Shown: in pieces, positions 13,674-26,150 of the stretch | Layout: each line of letters starts with the position of its first letter | How positions within the stretch are numbered: position 1 is the stretch's first letter | Source: Octopus vulgaris | Lineage: Eukaryota | Direction: 5' to 3' | DNA: 64,000 nucleotides | Assembly (NCBI GenBank): GCA_951406725.2 | Contig: OX597819.1 | Coordinates: 70,556,001 to 70,620,000 of the forward strand | Made by a program: the position numbers and the translations under genes | Notes under the pieces: generated by a model | Told to the model about the DNA's origin: nothing | The model's database searches: none | What the model saw: only the letters and a program-made list of their open reading frames with translations

Positions 13674-14082
13674 TTTTCTACTCTAGGCACAAGGCCCGAA
13701 ATTTTGGGGGAGGAGGCCAGTCAATTAGATCGCTTCAAGTGTGCAAATGGTACTTAGTTTATCGACCCTGAAAAGATGAAAGGCAAAGTCAACCTCAGTG
13801 GAATTTGAACTCAGAACATAAAGACAGATGAAATACTGCTAAGCATTTCACCCTGCGTGCTAACATTTCTTTTCTACTCTAGGTACAAGGCCTGAAATTT
13901 GGGGGGAGGGGGCCAGTCGATTAGATTGACCCCAGTATGCAACTGGTACTCAATTTATCAATCCCAAAAGGAAGAAAGGCAAAATCGACCTTGGCAGAAT
14001 TTGAACTCAGAACGTAAAGACAGATGAAATACTGCCAAGCATTTCGCCCAGTGTGCTAATGTTTTAGCCAGCTCGCCGCCTT
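13674..14082 (-). mobile_element. two tandem family B SINEs
   Basis: Unit of about 195 bp repeated, each starting ttcttttctactctagg. Confidence 0.8.
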
Positions 14083-14230
14083 GCCCCTCTCATATATTAA
14101 CTCTCTCTTTGTATCTCTCATTCTCTCTCTCTCTCTCACACTTCTCTCTATATGATATAAAGCATGACTGGAAAAATCCACATGACCAACCAACCAGCCA
14201 TCATTTATATCAGCTTTTATTTAATAGGTT

Positions 14231-14381
14231 GAGTAGGAAGGCACTGCAACAAGCACGGATGCCAAGAGCATGAGCTAGATCTCAGTGGTAAGAAGCAAAT
14301 ATTCAAATGAGACATTTGTAGACTGAAGTGGAGAAGGGTTCTGTGCCAACAATGGTCAAGTATGGGTCAGTTGGTTTTAAG
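14231..14381 (+). pseudogene. decayed 28S rRNA fragment
   Basis: agatctcagtggtaagaagcaaatattcaaatgaga...gaagtggagaagggtt...atgggtcagttggttttaag resembles the conserved 28S core GATCTTGGTGGTAGTAGCAAATATTCAAACGAGA...GAAGTGGAGAAGGGTTCC...ATGGGTCAGTCGGTCCTAAG. Confidence 0.8.
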
Positions 14382-15821
14382 AAGCAGGTAAAAGCTTCCA
14401 TGAAAGGCACTAATTTACTTCCTACAGGCCTCGTACCTATAGTAGAAAAGATTATTTAATAGAAATTAATTGCTAATTACCAAACTGTTGTATAGTGAAA
14501 CTGTATACCGCTCCTGGTAAAATGTGGTAGGAGAAGCCATTATAAATAGACCAGAAGCCGGTCGTCAAGAGAGGGTCAAGAGTTGAAGAGCTAAGAGTCA
14601 ACAGTTCTAGTTGATGTCTTGTGGAGTTATCAGCGATAGTAAGACAGAAGTTAGCATATTACTATTCCAGTAGGAAGAGATACAACGGTATCTGATGACT
14701 GGTAACTATTCTGGCTACTAGTGTAAAACAGCAACCACCATACAATGGCAGTCACACATTACACCACTGGGGGAACCCACTTTAGAGCCCAAGCAAAACA
14801 GAATCCTATAATGTAAACGAATACAATTAAAACTTTTAAAATTCCACGCTCTTTTATTTGTCTCAGCCATTGAAGATTGACCATGCTGGAGCACTGTACA
14901 GTTCTACTCAGTTTTTGTTTTTCAAAATGTATGCTTTCATTTCATTTAATCCAACAAGAAAGTCTGCATCTCAAATTTTTTTTTTCTTATTCTTTCTAAA
15001 CCCTTTTCATTCCCTGAAACTGCCCCTAACTCTATGATAAAACCCTTTCTCTTTTAAAGTGATCTAAATTAATACTTCCATTAAAATTTTATGTTAATTT
15101 ATATTCACATTAATTTATGAAATTTAATTTATAAATTCTTGCTAAATAATTACAGTTACTTTACTAAATTATTTATGATTTTCAAAATTAATTGCTATAA
15201 AGCACTGGTGCTAGTACCATGTAGAAACCACTGATGCTGGTGCCATGTAAGAAGCATTGGTAGGAGTACCACATAGAAAGTACCCAGTGTACTCTGTAGA
15301 GTGGTTGGCATTAGAAATGGCATCCAGCTGTAGGAATCATGCCAAAACAGACTATGGAACCTGATATGGTTCCAACCCATACCAGCATGGAAAACAGATG
15401 TTAAGCAATAATGATAATGATGATGATGATGGTGTATTTTAACAGAAATATGGTAATCGAAAGAGTCAAATCCTCATCGTTAACTTGGTTGTTGTCAGAC
15501 ATTAGACGAATTTAACATGGATTTAGGAAGCATTTTGATATTATTTTTTTACTGCCTCCAACAAAGTATTATCTAGTTCTTTGAACTAATTATGCCTCTT
15601 GGCGAAATCCTACCCACTTTGCAATCAATCTGTATTGAATTCATTTCTGGTGCTACTGGCAATAACAACAGTGTCAAATTTAGCATTAAGCAAAGTGGTT
15701 GTGTGCAATCCAAATGGTATGAAAATAAAAAGGAAACATACACAAACATAATATTCTTTCATTAATCAGCAGAAGCTACAGTGACTCAAGGGCCAAGAGT
15801 TTGTATCACAAAACCTATACT

Positions 15822-15863
<42 letters not shown>

Positions 15864-15874
15864 CATATATATAT

Positions 15875-15939
<65 letters not shown>

Positions 15940-16015
15940 CATTATGTGTGTGTCTTCAAACTTTTCAGCTTGTAGCTATTTTTGTTATAGTAAACTTACT
16001 TCATGTGATATTTAA

Positions 16016-16388
16016 CCCTTTTGATACGAACCCAGCTGAAACCACCTCTGGCTCTGTAGTTCAAATGTCTTGTTTTCATAAGTTTTAAATTAATATCTTC
16101 CATCAAACCTTAGTCACAATTTATGTTCCTCACACTAGCTGATTGACACGATCCCTATTGATTGATTTTTATTTCTTTCCCTTTTACGATCCCTTTTGAT
16201 CGACAACCTATCCCCCCACTCTTTTTTTTCTCCCCAAAAAGAAAAGCTCTACTTTGTAATCTGTACCATCTGTGTGCAGCCCTGCATGGCTAATAAAGAA
16301 ACATATTTTACTAAATTCTTTGTTGTATTTAAAATTGATTGAAAGAAACACAGAGCATCTCAAAACAAATACGGTAATAAAAAAAGGG
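16016..16388. mobile_element. piggyBac-like MITE with TTAA target-site duplication
   Basis: TTAA|CCCTTTT ... AAAAGGG|TTAA. Carries an internal LINE/SINE-tail insertion at about 16146-16300. Related fragments at about 12560-12750, 15040-15470 and 21655-21750. Confidence 0.75.
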
Positions 16389-17192
16389 TTAAACAAATCA
16401 AATATTGAAGACCTTAGGGCTAAAATAGTACACAGAAGGAATCCTTGTTTTATATGTTTTTTCTTGTTTGTTATGTGTTAAATTATAATGTTTTTTTTTT
16501 TTCCTACAGATTCAATTAAATTCCATTTTTATTAAAAACTATGATCAACTATCAGCACAGGCATGGCTGTGCGGTAAGAAGTTTGCTTCCCAACTACATG
16601 GTTCCAGGTTCCATCTCACTACATAGCCTGAAGAAATGAATCAATGAAGATGATCTACCTGATGTCCACGGATACTGTGAATGACACAGTAATCATCCCA
16701 GAAATAGGGACTGTGATCTTAAGTGTTGGTTTGTTTACGTCCTTGTGATTTAGTGTTTACGTCTCAGTAACTTAGCAATCCAACAAAAGGAACTGATAAA
16801 ACAAAAACCAGGCTTTAAAAAATAAGTACTAGAGTTGATTTGTTCAACTAAAACCGTTCCTCAAAGCAGTGCCCCAGCATGGCCACAGTCCAATGGCCGA
16901 AGCAAATAAAAGATAGAAGTGGAATGTCAGGGATTATATAGAAAGACAAAAGGGTATTTAGTTGTAGGTGCCAGATAATCTACTGGGTTTAGTTTATTAA
17001 ATGAGTTATAAGGTGAAGACAAGGTGTGTTGAGTCTCTGCTTGGATTAGTGGAATGTATTTAGAAACTAATGGAATAATGGAATAATGGGATAATGGGAT
17101 AATGGAGATAGAGAGGGATTGAATGAGAGAAAAAGGAAAAGTGGAAGTATGGAGTCTAAAAGAATGGGGAAGAAGATAGAGAAGGAAGAGAT

Positions 17193-17247
<55 letters not shown>

Positions 17248-18149
17248 GTGAATAAAAGTAAAAACACAAAGGAAAGGGAGAGAAAAATTTTTTAAAAATG
17301 GAGAAACAGAAAGATGAAAAAAAAATTGGTTGAATGAAAGAATGAGAGAGGAGGGAGAGGGGGCAGAGAGAAAGGCAGACAGTAAGGGGAGGAGAGAGAG
17401 GGAGAGTGAGAGACAGAGAAAGAGAAAGACAGACAGATAAGGAGTGAAGGAGAGAAAGAGAGAGAGAGAGAGAGAGACAAAGAAAGAGAAGGAGATATGT
17501 TGGGAAAAAATATACCGAAGCATACAGAAAGGATTGCGAAAGAACAAAGCTGACTTTCTGCAGTTCTGAATGAAGAAAATGATATTCTTTAATTAATCTA
17601 AGACTAGAATTAGGAGCAGATGTCATTCCTGCGGCTGGAGAAACCATCTGCCAGACACAGTTTGGAGACAGAACATTCAGCTGAAAAAATGTCTTCAGTT
17701 AAATTCTAATACCAATAAAAAAAAAAAAAAAAAAAACAGGAATTTATTTTTATTTTTCAGCTGTACATAATTCTCAAGACTATCTTCCAATTCGTTGAAC
17801 ATTGATTCTTAAGTAAACAGAAATCGCTTTGACCTTAGTTTATCTTTGAATTGGAGTAGATAGCTGTATATTGTGTGGATTTAGATCAATACACACACAC
17901 ACACACATACAAACACATGTGGTTAGAGAGCTTATCGCAGAGGGTCATTCGGCACTTGTTAAGGGACCTGTGATTTTGGCTGCTCTGGGATTCAATTTAT
18001 TGTTGTTGATGCTTTAGAATTGTACTCTTCCATTCCTTGCAATGTTCTCAGCCCAGGGGATGATGAAAAGATTTCACAAACTGTTAAAATGTTCCTCAGA
18101 GTTTCAATTAACTGATCATCAGACAATTATGAATATTTAGAACAAGTTG

Positions 18150-18324
18150 AGTTCTATATTTAAGAGATGAGAAATTATTTACACTATTTACATTTGACAG
18201 ATATTTGTCCTCATCTTGTTTGTTGTTAACACAACATTTCAGCTGATATACCCTCCAGCCTTCATCAGGTGTCTTAGGGTAATTTCGAACCTGGGATCTC
18301 ATCCCTAAGGTATTTTCGATGTTA

Positions 18325-18377
<53 letters not shown>

Positions 18378-18419
18378 TCACTGCCTGGAATCGAACTCAG
18401 AATCTTGGGGTTAGTAGCC
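18150..18419 (-). mobile_element. second copy of the tRNA-headed hammerhead element (head truncated, CpG-decayed)
   Basis: Colinear and nearly identical to 28421-28692. Partial copies at about 6527-6668 (head) and 29746-29810 (tail). Confidence 0.75.
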
Positions 18420-18826
18420 AAAGTTATATTTGTATATATATAACAAAGTTCATAGAACAAGTTGTTATATATATACAAATATATACATACATATATGTCC
18501 TTCTCCTCCTTCTTCTTCTCTGTATCCTTCCTTTTGATTCTCCACCCCCTACATAATCTCTACCCTACATACTCATCCCATAACCACAATTTTATTTATT
18601 TTGTGTTTTCCCCCAACATAAGCCAAAAAATCCAAGGTCAGGAAGATGCACAATGTAACAGCATGCCTTGGATGTAAGTCTGGTGAAGTGTTGCTCTAAC
18701 ATTACGTAAATTTTTACTTTGAATTTTTGCATAAACTGGCACTGCAAGAAGAGTTGGTACAGGAACAATTGTAACGAATCATTAAAAATGAGTTAAAGAA
18801 TTTTAACTCTCCTTATTTGGTAAATA

Positions 18827-19227
18827 GGTGCAGACACGACTGTGTGGTAAGAAGCTTGCTTCCCAACCACATGGTTCCAGGTTCAATCCCACAGTGTGGT
18901 AGTACCTAGGGTAAGTATCTTCTACTATAGGCTCGGTCCAACCAAAGCTTTGTGAGTGGATTTAGTAGACGGAAACGGAAAAGAAGCCCATCATATATAT
19001 ATATATATATATTTATGTGTGTGTATTTGTGTCTGTGTTTGTCCCCACCACAATCGCTTGACAACTGATGCTGGTGTGTTTACATCTCTGTAACTTAGCA
19101 GTTCAGCAAAAGAGACCGATAGAATAAGTATCAGGCTTACAAAGAATAAGTCCTGAGGTTGATTTTCTCGATTAAAAGGCAGTGCTCCAGCATGGCAACA
19201 GTCAAAAGACTGAAACAAATAAAAAGA
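18827..19227 (+). mobile_element. SINE family A
   Basis: Colinear with 2073-2490. Confidence 0.85.
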
Positions 19228-19397
19228 ATATATATACATATTGTCTGTAAAACACTTAAATCCGAAAGAAGAATATTTTAAAGAAGTCTTGGGCCAACAG
19301 GTTTTGGGATCTGACAATACACCATTAAGCTAAACCCTTTATGGATGGGAAACCTAAAGTAATCTCATAAACCAGCCGTCCCCATTTTTAAGTGAGT

Positions 19398-19692
19398 GTG
19401 ATCGTTACCAACGTCGCCTTACTGGCACCTGTGCTGGTGGTATGTGTAAACAGATTTGAGTGAGGTCATTGCCAGTACCGCCTGAATGGCCCCCGTGCCG
19501 GTGGCACGTAAAAAGCACCCACTACACTCCCGGAGTGGTTGGCATTAGGAAGATCATCCAGCTGTAGAAACTCTACCAGATCAAGATTGGAGCCTGGTGC
19601 AGCCATCTGGTTCGCCAGCCCTCAGTCAAAATCGTCCAACCCATGCTAGCATTGAAAGTGGACATTAAACGATGATGATGACGATGATGATG
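19398..19692 (+). mobile_element. RTE-tail repeat (3' end of an RTE LINE or SINE)
   Basis: gtgccggtggcacgtaaaaagcaccc...ccatgctagc...(GAT)n tail. Confidence 0.75.
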
Positions 19693-19934
19693 ATATATAT
19701 ATATACAATTAATAGTGGCAGAACCAGTATCAATATCAAAAGGTAATATTTATCTCCAATTCAACACAGATGTGTTAGAACACAGAATGCTGCATTATTT
19801 ACCATAAGAGGATCTCTCATATGGACACTTGGTGCATCAAAGTACTAGTGTTTGATTTGCTGACAAGCAATAACCATCTGAAATGGCCGCTGGACCTGCC
19901 AGATCATGTGATTTCGTCCTTCTTTGGGTTCTCA

Positions 19935-20520
19935 ATGACAGACGTCCAGCTTGCTATGCAATAAAGTTTTGTGTTAAACTGGACAAAAACACTGCAGAAA
20001 CTGATGAACTGCTCCAGACTGGTCATGGATTAACTTGAATGAGCTGAGCATCTGTCTTTTGAAGGCACAAGCAGTTCAAGGACAGTAGAGAGGAAATGAG
20101 ACGTTATGAGAGGTGTGTGAGGGAGAAAGAGAGAGAGATCCGAACATCAGAGATAGTTGAGAAAATTTGCAATTTTCTAGATGAAGGCTGTCGTGTGTCT
20201 ACAAAGACAATAAGCATACAGCAGTTTGGAGTTGGTGTGACAACTGTACACAGAATTAATCATGAAAATCAGAGCATGGCCAAAATGTGTGCAAAGTTTC
20301 TTCCCAAGGTGCTCAGTGATAATTAGAAGGAAAGACTTGCTGGTGACAGCAGGGAGATAGTTGAGTTTATTACCTGCAGTCCAATAGGACCTGTAACAAA
20401 AGCTGGATCTACTGTTATGGTACAGAGACGAAGAGACAGAGTGCCCAATGAAAGCATCCTGGCTCTTGTAAACTCATGAAGGCCAGGCAAAGCAAATCCA
20501 CTGAGAAGCTCATGATGATA
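19935..20520 (+). mobile_element. mariner transposase relic
   Basis: YAIKFCVKLDKNTAETDELL, TVHRI..MAKMCAKFLPKVLS (WVP-motif region) and SWIYCY..ETKRQSAQ. Multiple stops and frameshifts. Confidence 0.8.
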
Positions 20521-23500
20521 AATGGGTTAATTTTTTTTAAACACCCAAGGAAAATAACCCATAGCACCTGTACAATATTTTTTTAAACACTCAAGGCAAA
20601 TAACCCATTTCATTATTTATGTTCGATTACTTTGAATGTTGATTTTTTTGTGTGTCCTATTTCTAATTTTTGCAGACAATATCACTTTTATACTTTATAA
20701 TGAAATTGGTTTCTTATATCAGAGTAATAAGGCGTTTCAATAGAACATCTTTACACCTGGGAATTACAGGGCACACCAGCTAGTATATATATATATATAT
20801 GTTTGTCTCCCCTCCATCACTTGACAACCAATGTTGGTGTGGTTACATCCCCGTATCTTAGTGGTTCGACAAAAGTGAGTGGGAGAATAAGAACTAGGTT
20901 TACATAGAATAAGTCCTGGGGTTGATTTGTTCAACTAAAGGCAGTGCTCCAGCATGGCCACAGTCAAATGCCTGAAACAAGTAAAAGAATATACGCATCT
21001 AACAATAGGGAAAGGTAAATAAATGCTAATATGAAAATCTTTGGGTAGATGCCACAAAATAACGATTTTTTTGAGAGGAAACTCTATTGAAAACCCAACC
21101 TATTCACAAGTTGAATTTCCTCTTCTCTCTCTCCTGCACACACACACATTGTTTTTTGTTTGTTTGATTGTGTAATGCGAGACCTCTTCTAAACCCATTT
21201 ATCTAATGTCTGACCAACTATTAGATAAGTTGCATTATTTTTTCTCATTCTTAATGTTACAAAAGCCCTTGATGGTTGTATAAATATGTTGTCTGAAAAA
21301 CAAACAAACACTTATAACAAAAGTTTGTTCTATCAATCGTCTTCTTTGACTTTTGTTCTGTCGGTAGGAATTTCATTACATTTTCGTCTGTTAGTGCTAT
21401 TCTAAAATAGATGTGTTTCCAAGGATCATCTTTCTGGCTGGATAATATATACGAGCTGAAAATTTCAATATTCTGGCTTACATAGTTAAAACAATGAGGA
21501 GAGTGATATTTGAAGCTATAGAGTTACTTCTTAGAAGAATTACTGTTACCAAATTTTACTCCACCTACAATAAAATACCAGTAGCAAAATCTGTCAGTGT
21601 GGAACAGTTATTAGAGATCAGAATTTAATTTAGACAAATCTAGTTTATTCTCAATTCTTATGTTACAACATTCCTGTTAAAATACACTGTTCTTGTTTTG
21701 ATTAATTTTTCAAAATAATGAAAAATTTTAATTTAATTTACCATTATTAACTATGAGGTGCCGGTGTGGCTGTGCGGTAAGAAGTTTGCTTCCAAACCAC
21801 ATGGTTCTGGGTTCAGTCCCACAGTATGGCACTTTGGGCAAGTGTCTTCTACTATAACCTCAGGCTTTGGTAGAAGACCGAAAAAAGCCTGTCATTAGAC
21901 CACTTGACAACTGGTGTTGGTTGGTTTATGCCTCTGTAACTTAGCAGTTTGACAAAAGAGACTGATAGAATAAGTATCAAGTTTTAAAAAAAAGTACTGG
22001 AGTTGAGTCATTGAACTAAAAACCCTTCAAGATGGTGCCCCAACATGGCCACAGTCAAATGGCAGACGCAAGTAAAGAGTAAAAGAAAACAGTTGAATAC
22101 ACATTCCCATTTGTGGCAATCTGTAAAATGATCTTGTGAAATATATGATCCTACACATTCCCATTTTCTGTTTGTCCCTATCTCAGAGGCATCACATCTA
22201 GGTAAGAAATCGATATAAAATAATCTGGAAATTGGGAGTAGACTTTAGACATCATGTGTAATATCAGAAAATAAGCCCCTTGGCTGTAAACGAGTAACCA
22301 TGCGACAGACTAGCCTTCCATCAGTGGAAATGTTGGCCTGCTCGCCCAGCCAGTGGGGGCATCATTGGGAAAGCTTAAACAATGCAAAGTGCAATGTGAC
22401 TAGTGATGTATAAGAACATCCGATAGCTAATCACAAGATGTCATACATACAATAATTAGAATTTGTCTTTTATCAAATTTCTTGGTGCTTATGCAAAATG
22501 ATTAAATGTATTCTAATGTTCAAAAGGAAAATATATTTATTACCTTTAAAGAAAATTAAATAAAATGAATTTCTAATTTGTATATCTCCCTCTAACTATT
22601 CTATCAGTTACCCCCGCTTCTCTTCTTCTTCCTCCACCTCCTTCTATTCCTGTCTATATGATTCTTTCTCTCTTACTGTGTATTTGTCTGGTGTATTCAT
22701 TTACTCATTGCCTGTCACCAAGGCTAGTATGTGCATTCATGCTGCATCTCTTACATTAACTCTCTATGTCTCTCATTTATTCTCTCTCTTTCCCTCTCTC
22801 TATGATGTAAAGGATGACCAGAGAAACCAACCAACCAACCAACCAACCAACCAACCAACCAGCCAAGTAAGCAAGCATGCAACCAACCAGCCAGCTGAAC
22901 AACCAAACAACTAACCGATTAACCAACCAACCAACCAACCAACCAAACAACATATTGCCTATTATTAGACTGCAATGAATTCCTCCCTTGATGATGTCAT
23001 ACTATTTTCCAATCATTAAAGTGAACATATAAAATTGACTTAGTCTATTTTGATTAATTAGTATTTTTACCAGTTTAAATTAATTAAAATCCCCCTCCCC
23101 CCTCTCTAATCATGCAAGCAACCCCACCCCCACATTCACCTCCATAACTGTGTCAGAATCAGTCTCCACAGATCGTATCAGGTTACGTTGCCATTGGTTA
23201 CATACTCTATATCCATGTTTCCCATCTTAAAAATAATAATTGATATAAACATCCGAGTTCATCAAAGTGAACCATAAACATTTGCAGAAGCCAGGTCAAC
23301 ATTGAAGATGCACTGGTATGTATCTGATTGCAGCCAGAAGCAGCAGCAGCAGCAGTAGGAATCTGTTATCAATGTGTGAAGAATGGTTTCAGCAACTGCA
23401 AATTTGAGGGAGAAAGGCTGAGGCAGCAGAGAGAATCAATAATATTCGAGGAACACTCAGTGTAGTTGTGTGAATGGCTGAAGCAAATTGCCATACGTAC

Positions 23501-23540
23501 AGGCAATCTATGGGAAATTGTCAGGAGAAATGTTTTGAAT

Positions 23541-23554
23541 GTTTGTGTGTGCGC

Positions 23555-23614
<60 letters not shown>

Positions 23615-23836
23615 ATGTGTGTGTATACGTGTGTGTGTGTATTTGTGTGTGTGTATGTGTGCATATGCACATGTGTGCATGCGTGCATGTGTGTGTATGT
23701 ATTTGCATGTGTGTGTGTGCATACATGTGTGTGTGCATACATGTGTGTGTATGTGTGTGTGCATGCGTGCAAGTGTATGTGCATGTGTGTATTTGTGTGT
23801 ATGCATGTATGTGTGTGTGTGTGTGTTTGTGTGTGT
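23541..23836. repeat. (GT)n / purine-pyrimidine alternating microsatellite tract
   Basis: About 300 bp of GT/GC/AT alternation; source of the spurious His-Thr and Cys-Val ORFs. Confidence 0.95.
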
Positions 23837-24046
23837 GGACAAGTGACAAAAAGCAGTGAAAGAGGAAAGTCAATGTGAGGAAATAGAATATCAATGGAGG
23901 AGGACAAAGAGACAGAGGTGAGAAGATGTGTGCGTGCCTGTGTGTGTGTATTTACATACATATATAAATAAATATATATGTGAATATATATAAATAAATA
24001 TATATATATGTGAATATATATACATACACACACATATATATATATA

Positions 24047-26150
24047 CAATAACGAGCCTACTGTATACAGTGCTGCTCATCAGGAAAAAAGCAAACAAAA
24101 CTGTATGAACTGTACATAGGATGTGCACAGGAAGTGAACAGTGAAAAAGTCTTCAAAACAAAACAAAAGAAGAAGTAGGGGATAGTGGTCATCAGGTGTA
24201 TTGTTGGTGAATTTCAGGAAGCATGGAAGTTTTGAAGGAGGCAGTGTCTCAACAGCTAACAAGTGTTGCAGGTAATTTATTCCATGCTTCAGCAATTCCG
24301 AACATGAAAAAAAGTTTCCAAAAGTCATGGGTGCTGTGTTGTTTTTTGATTTTGTAAGCATGTCTAAGGGTGTCTGTCATATGGAATTCAAAAAGGTGCC
24401 CAAGGTTATTGTTGGAAAGATGGTCGATAATCTTGAGGGTGTCTACCAAGTCAGTTACCAGACATCAGAGTTTTAATGTGTCCATACCCAGGGAAGCAAG
24501 ACATTCAGGGTATGGTAGATGTTTGACAGCAGGTATTCGTCTGGTTGAAGAGTTTCCAGGAGACTGATATGCTGAACAAGATAGGAGTCCCTTACTGGTG
24601 ATGCAAACTCTAAGTGAGGATGTACCATAGTCATATACAGCTTTAAATAGATAGCAGGAGAGCAGCTGATAAAGGTCACACTGAGTGATGCTCACCCTCA
24701 ACTTTCTTGACAATCTTAAAGATGTAGTTTGTCCAACACAGATCGCTGTTAACAACAACAGTCAGGTCACACTCACTAACAGACTTTGTAAGATTGATAC
24801 TGTTGAGGGAGGAGTGTGAAAACTGGGTTTTTCCTCCCAAAATGCATGGTGATACATTTGACCATAGCCAGCTTGAGGTGCCAGTCGGTAATCCATTGCT
24901 GCATTGTATCCAGGTCTGATTGCAGGAAAGCTCTATAGCATATAGGATCCGTTCTCTTTATCTCAAGGTACAACTTGATGGCATCTGCATGTTTCAACAC
25001 TGTAACATTCTTCAAGTTGACACCTATGTTATTTATATATGCAAAAAACAACAGGAGTCCAAGAATGTATCCCTGTGGTACACCAGATGTCATTGCATAG
25101 GGTGAAGAATAATGTCCTAGAACCATGACTACCTCTTTTCGACCAAGAGTGAAGGACTTCAACCAGTTGTAGAGGTCATCTTTCACACCCGTTGCAGAAA
25201 GTTTTGCCATGCGTTATTTGTGTGGCACAGTACTAAAGGCTTTAGCAAAGTCAAGATAGATAACATCCACTCATGTGCCACCATGAGTGATTCAGGTGAT
25301 GTCCTCAAGAAACTCAATAAGTTCCCTGCAGTTAGGGATAAACCCAAACTGTGAGGGTCGAATAAGGCTGTAAAAGCCTCAGAAGTTCCAGAGTGTTTTT
25401 CTGACAAAGGACATCAGTTTGGTGACACAGCTAGTAAGACTGACTGGATGGTAGTTGACAAGTGATGTGCGATGACCCTTTTTGAACAGGGGAATGACAC
25501 TAGAAATTTTCCACTGCTCTGGAGTGATGCAGTTATCAAGGCAGAATTGGAACAAGAATGAAAGCTGGTGCAAAAGAAAGAACCCACCATATTTGAGAAA
25601 CAGATAAGTAACATGATCAAGAGCAAGGGAGGCATAGTTGTGCTTATTCTCGAGGTGGTGTCGCAGCATTGCAGGTGTAAATTTCACAGATGTTATAGAA
25701 TTTGATGTCAGAAGTAGCGAAGATGGTACATTTGGATTTTCAACAGTAAAAATGCCAGCATAGCATTCAGCAATAAGTTCTGCACATTCTTTGGGATCAT
25801 CAGTGTGGGGACTGAAAAGAAGGCCAACTGGAGAGTGAGGTCTCTGTTTTGAATGTACATATTTCCAGAACACTTTGATATCAGGGCTGGTTGCTATACG
25901 TTGTTCAAATTCAAGCATTGCCTCTTTTGTCACTTGCTTGAGATGGTTGGATGATCTATTGTGCCTTCTTCTATTCTCCTCTGTTCAGTGTAGTCTGTAT
26001 TTCTGTTCAGCATCATAACACTCTTTCCTGGCAAGTTAAACTGCTGCAGTCTCCCAAATTGCACTTTGGGGATTTTTTAAGCATTTGTGTGGTACTGATG
26101 CTTTGCACATGGCCCAGATTGAACTGAGGATGTTCTGAAGTGCAATATCG
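24047..26150 (-). mobile_element. decayed, 5'-truncated CR1-like LINE (reverse transcriptase pseudogene)
   Basis: Broken minus-strand ORFs give RT motifs VIPLFKKG, NYHPVSLTS, SGVPQGYILGLLLF and KHADAIKLY (degenerate YADD). Frameshifts and stops are present. The 3' UTR lies at about 24050-24240. Confidence 0.9.

Noticed and set aside
14486-14830. Possible solo LTR (TG start, TATAAATAG)
   Set aside because: No clear CA end, TSD or second copy in the window.
16927-17647. 206-aa and 163-aa Ser/Leu-rich ORFs
   Set aside because: Polypyrimidine/(CT)n low-complexity sequence; the same applies to 38336-38916.
23369-24033. Long His/Thr and Cys/Val-rich ORFs
   Set aside because: Translations of a (GT)n/(CA)n microsatellite.
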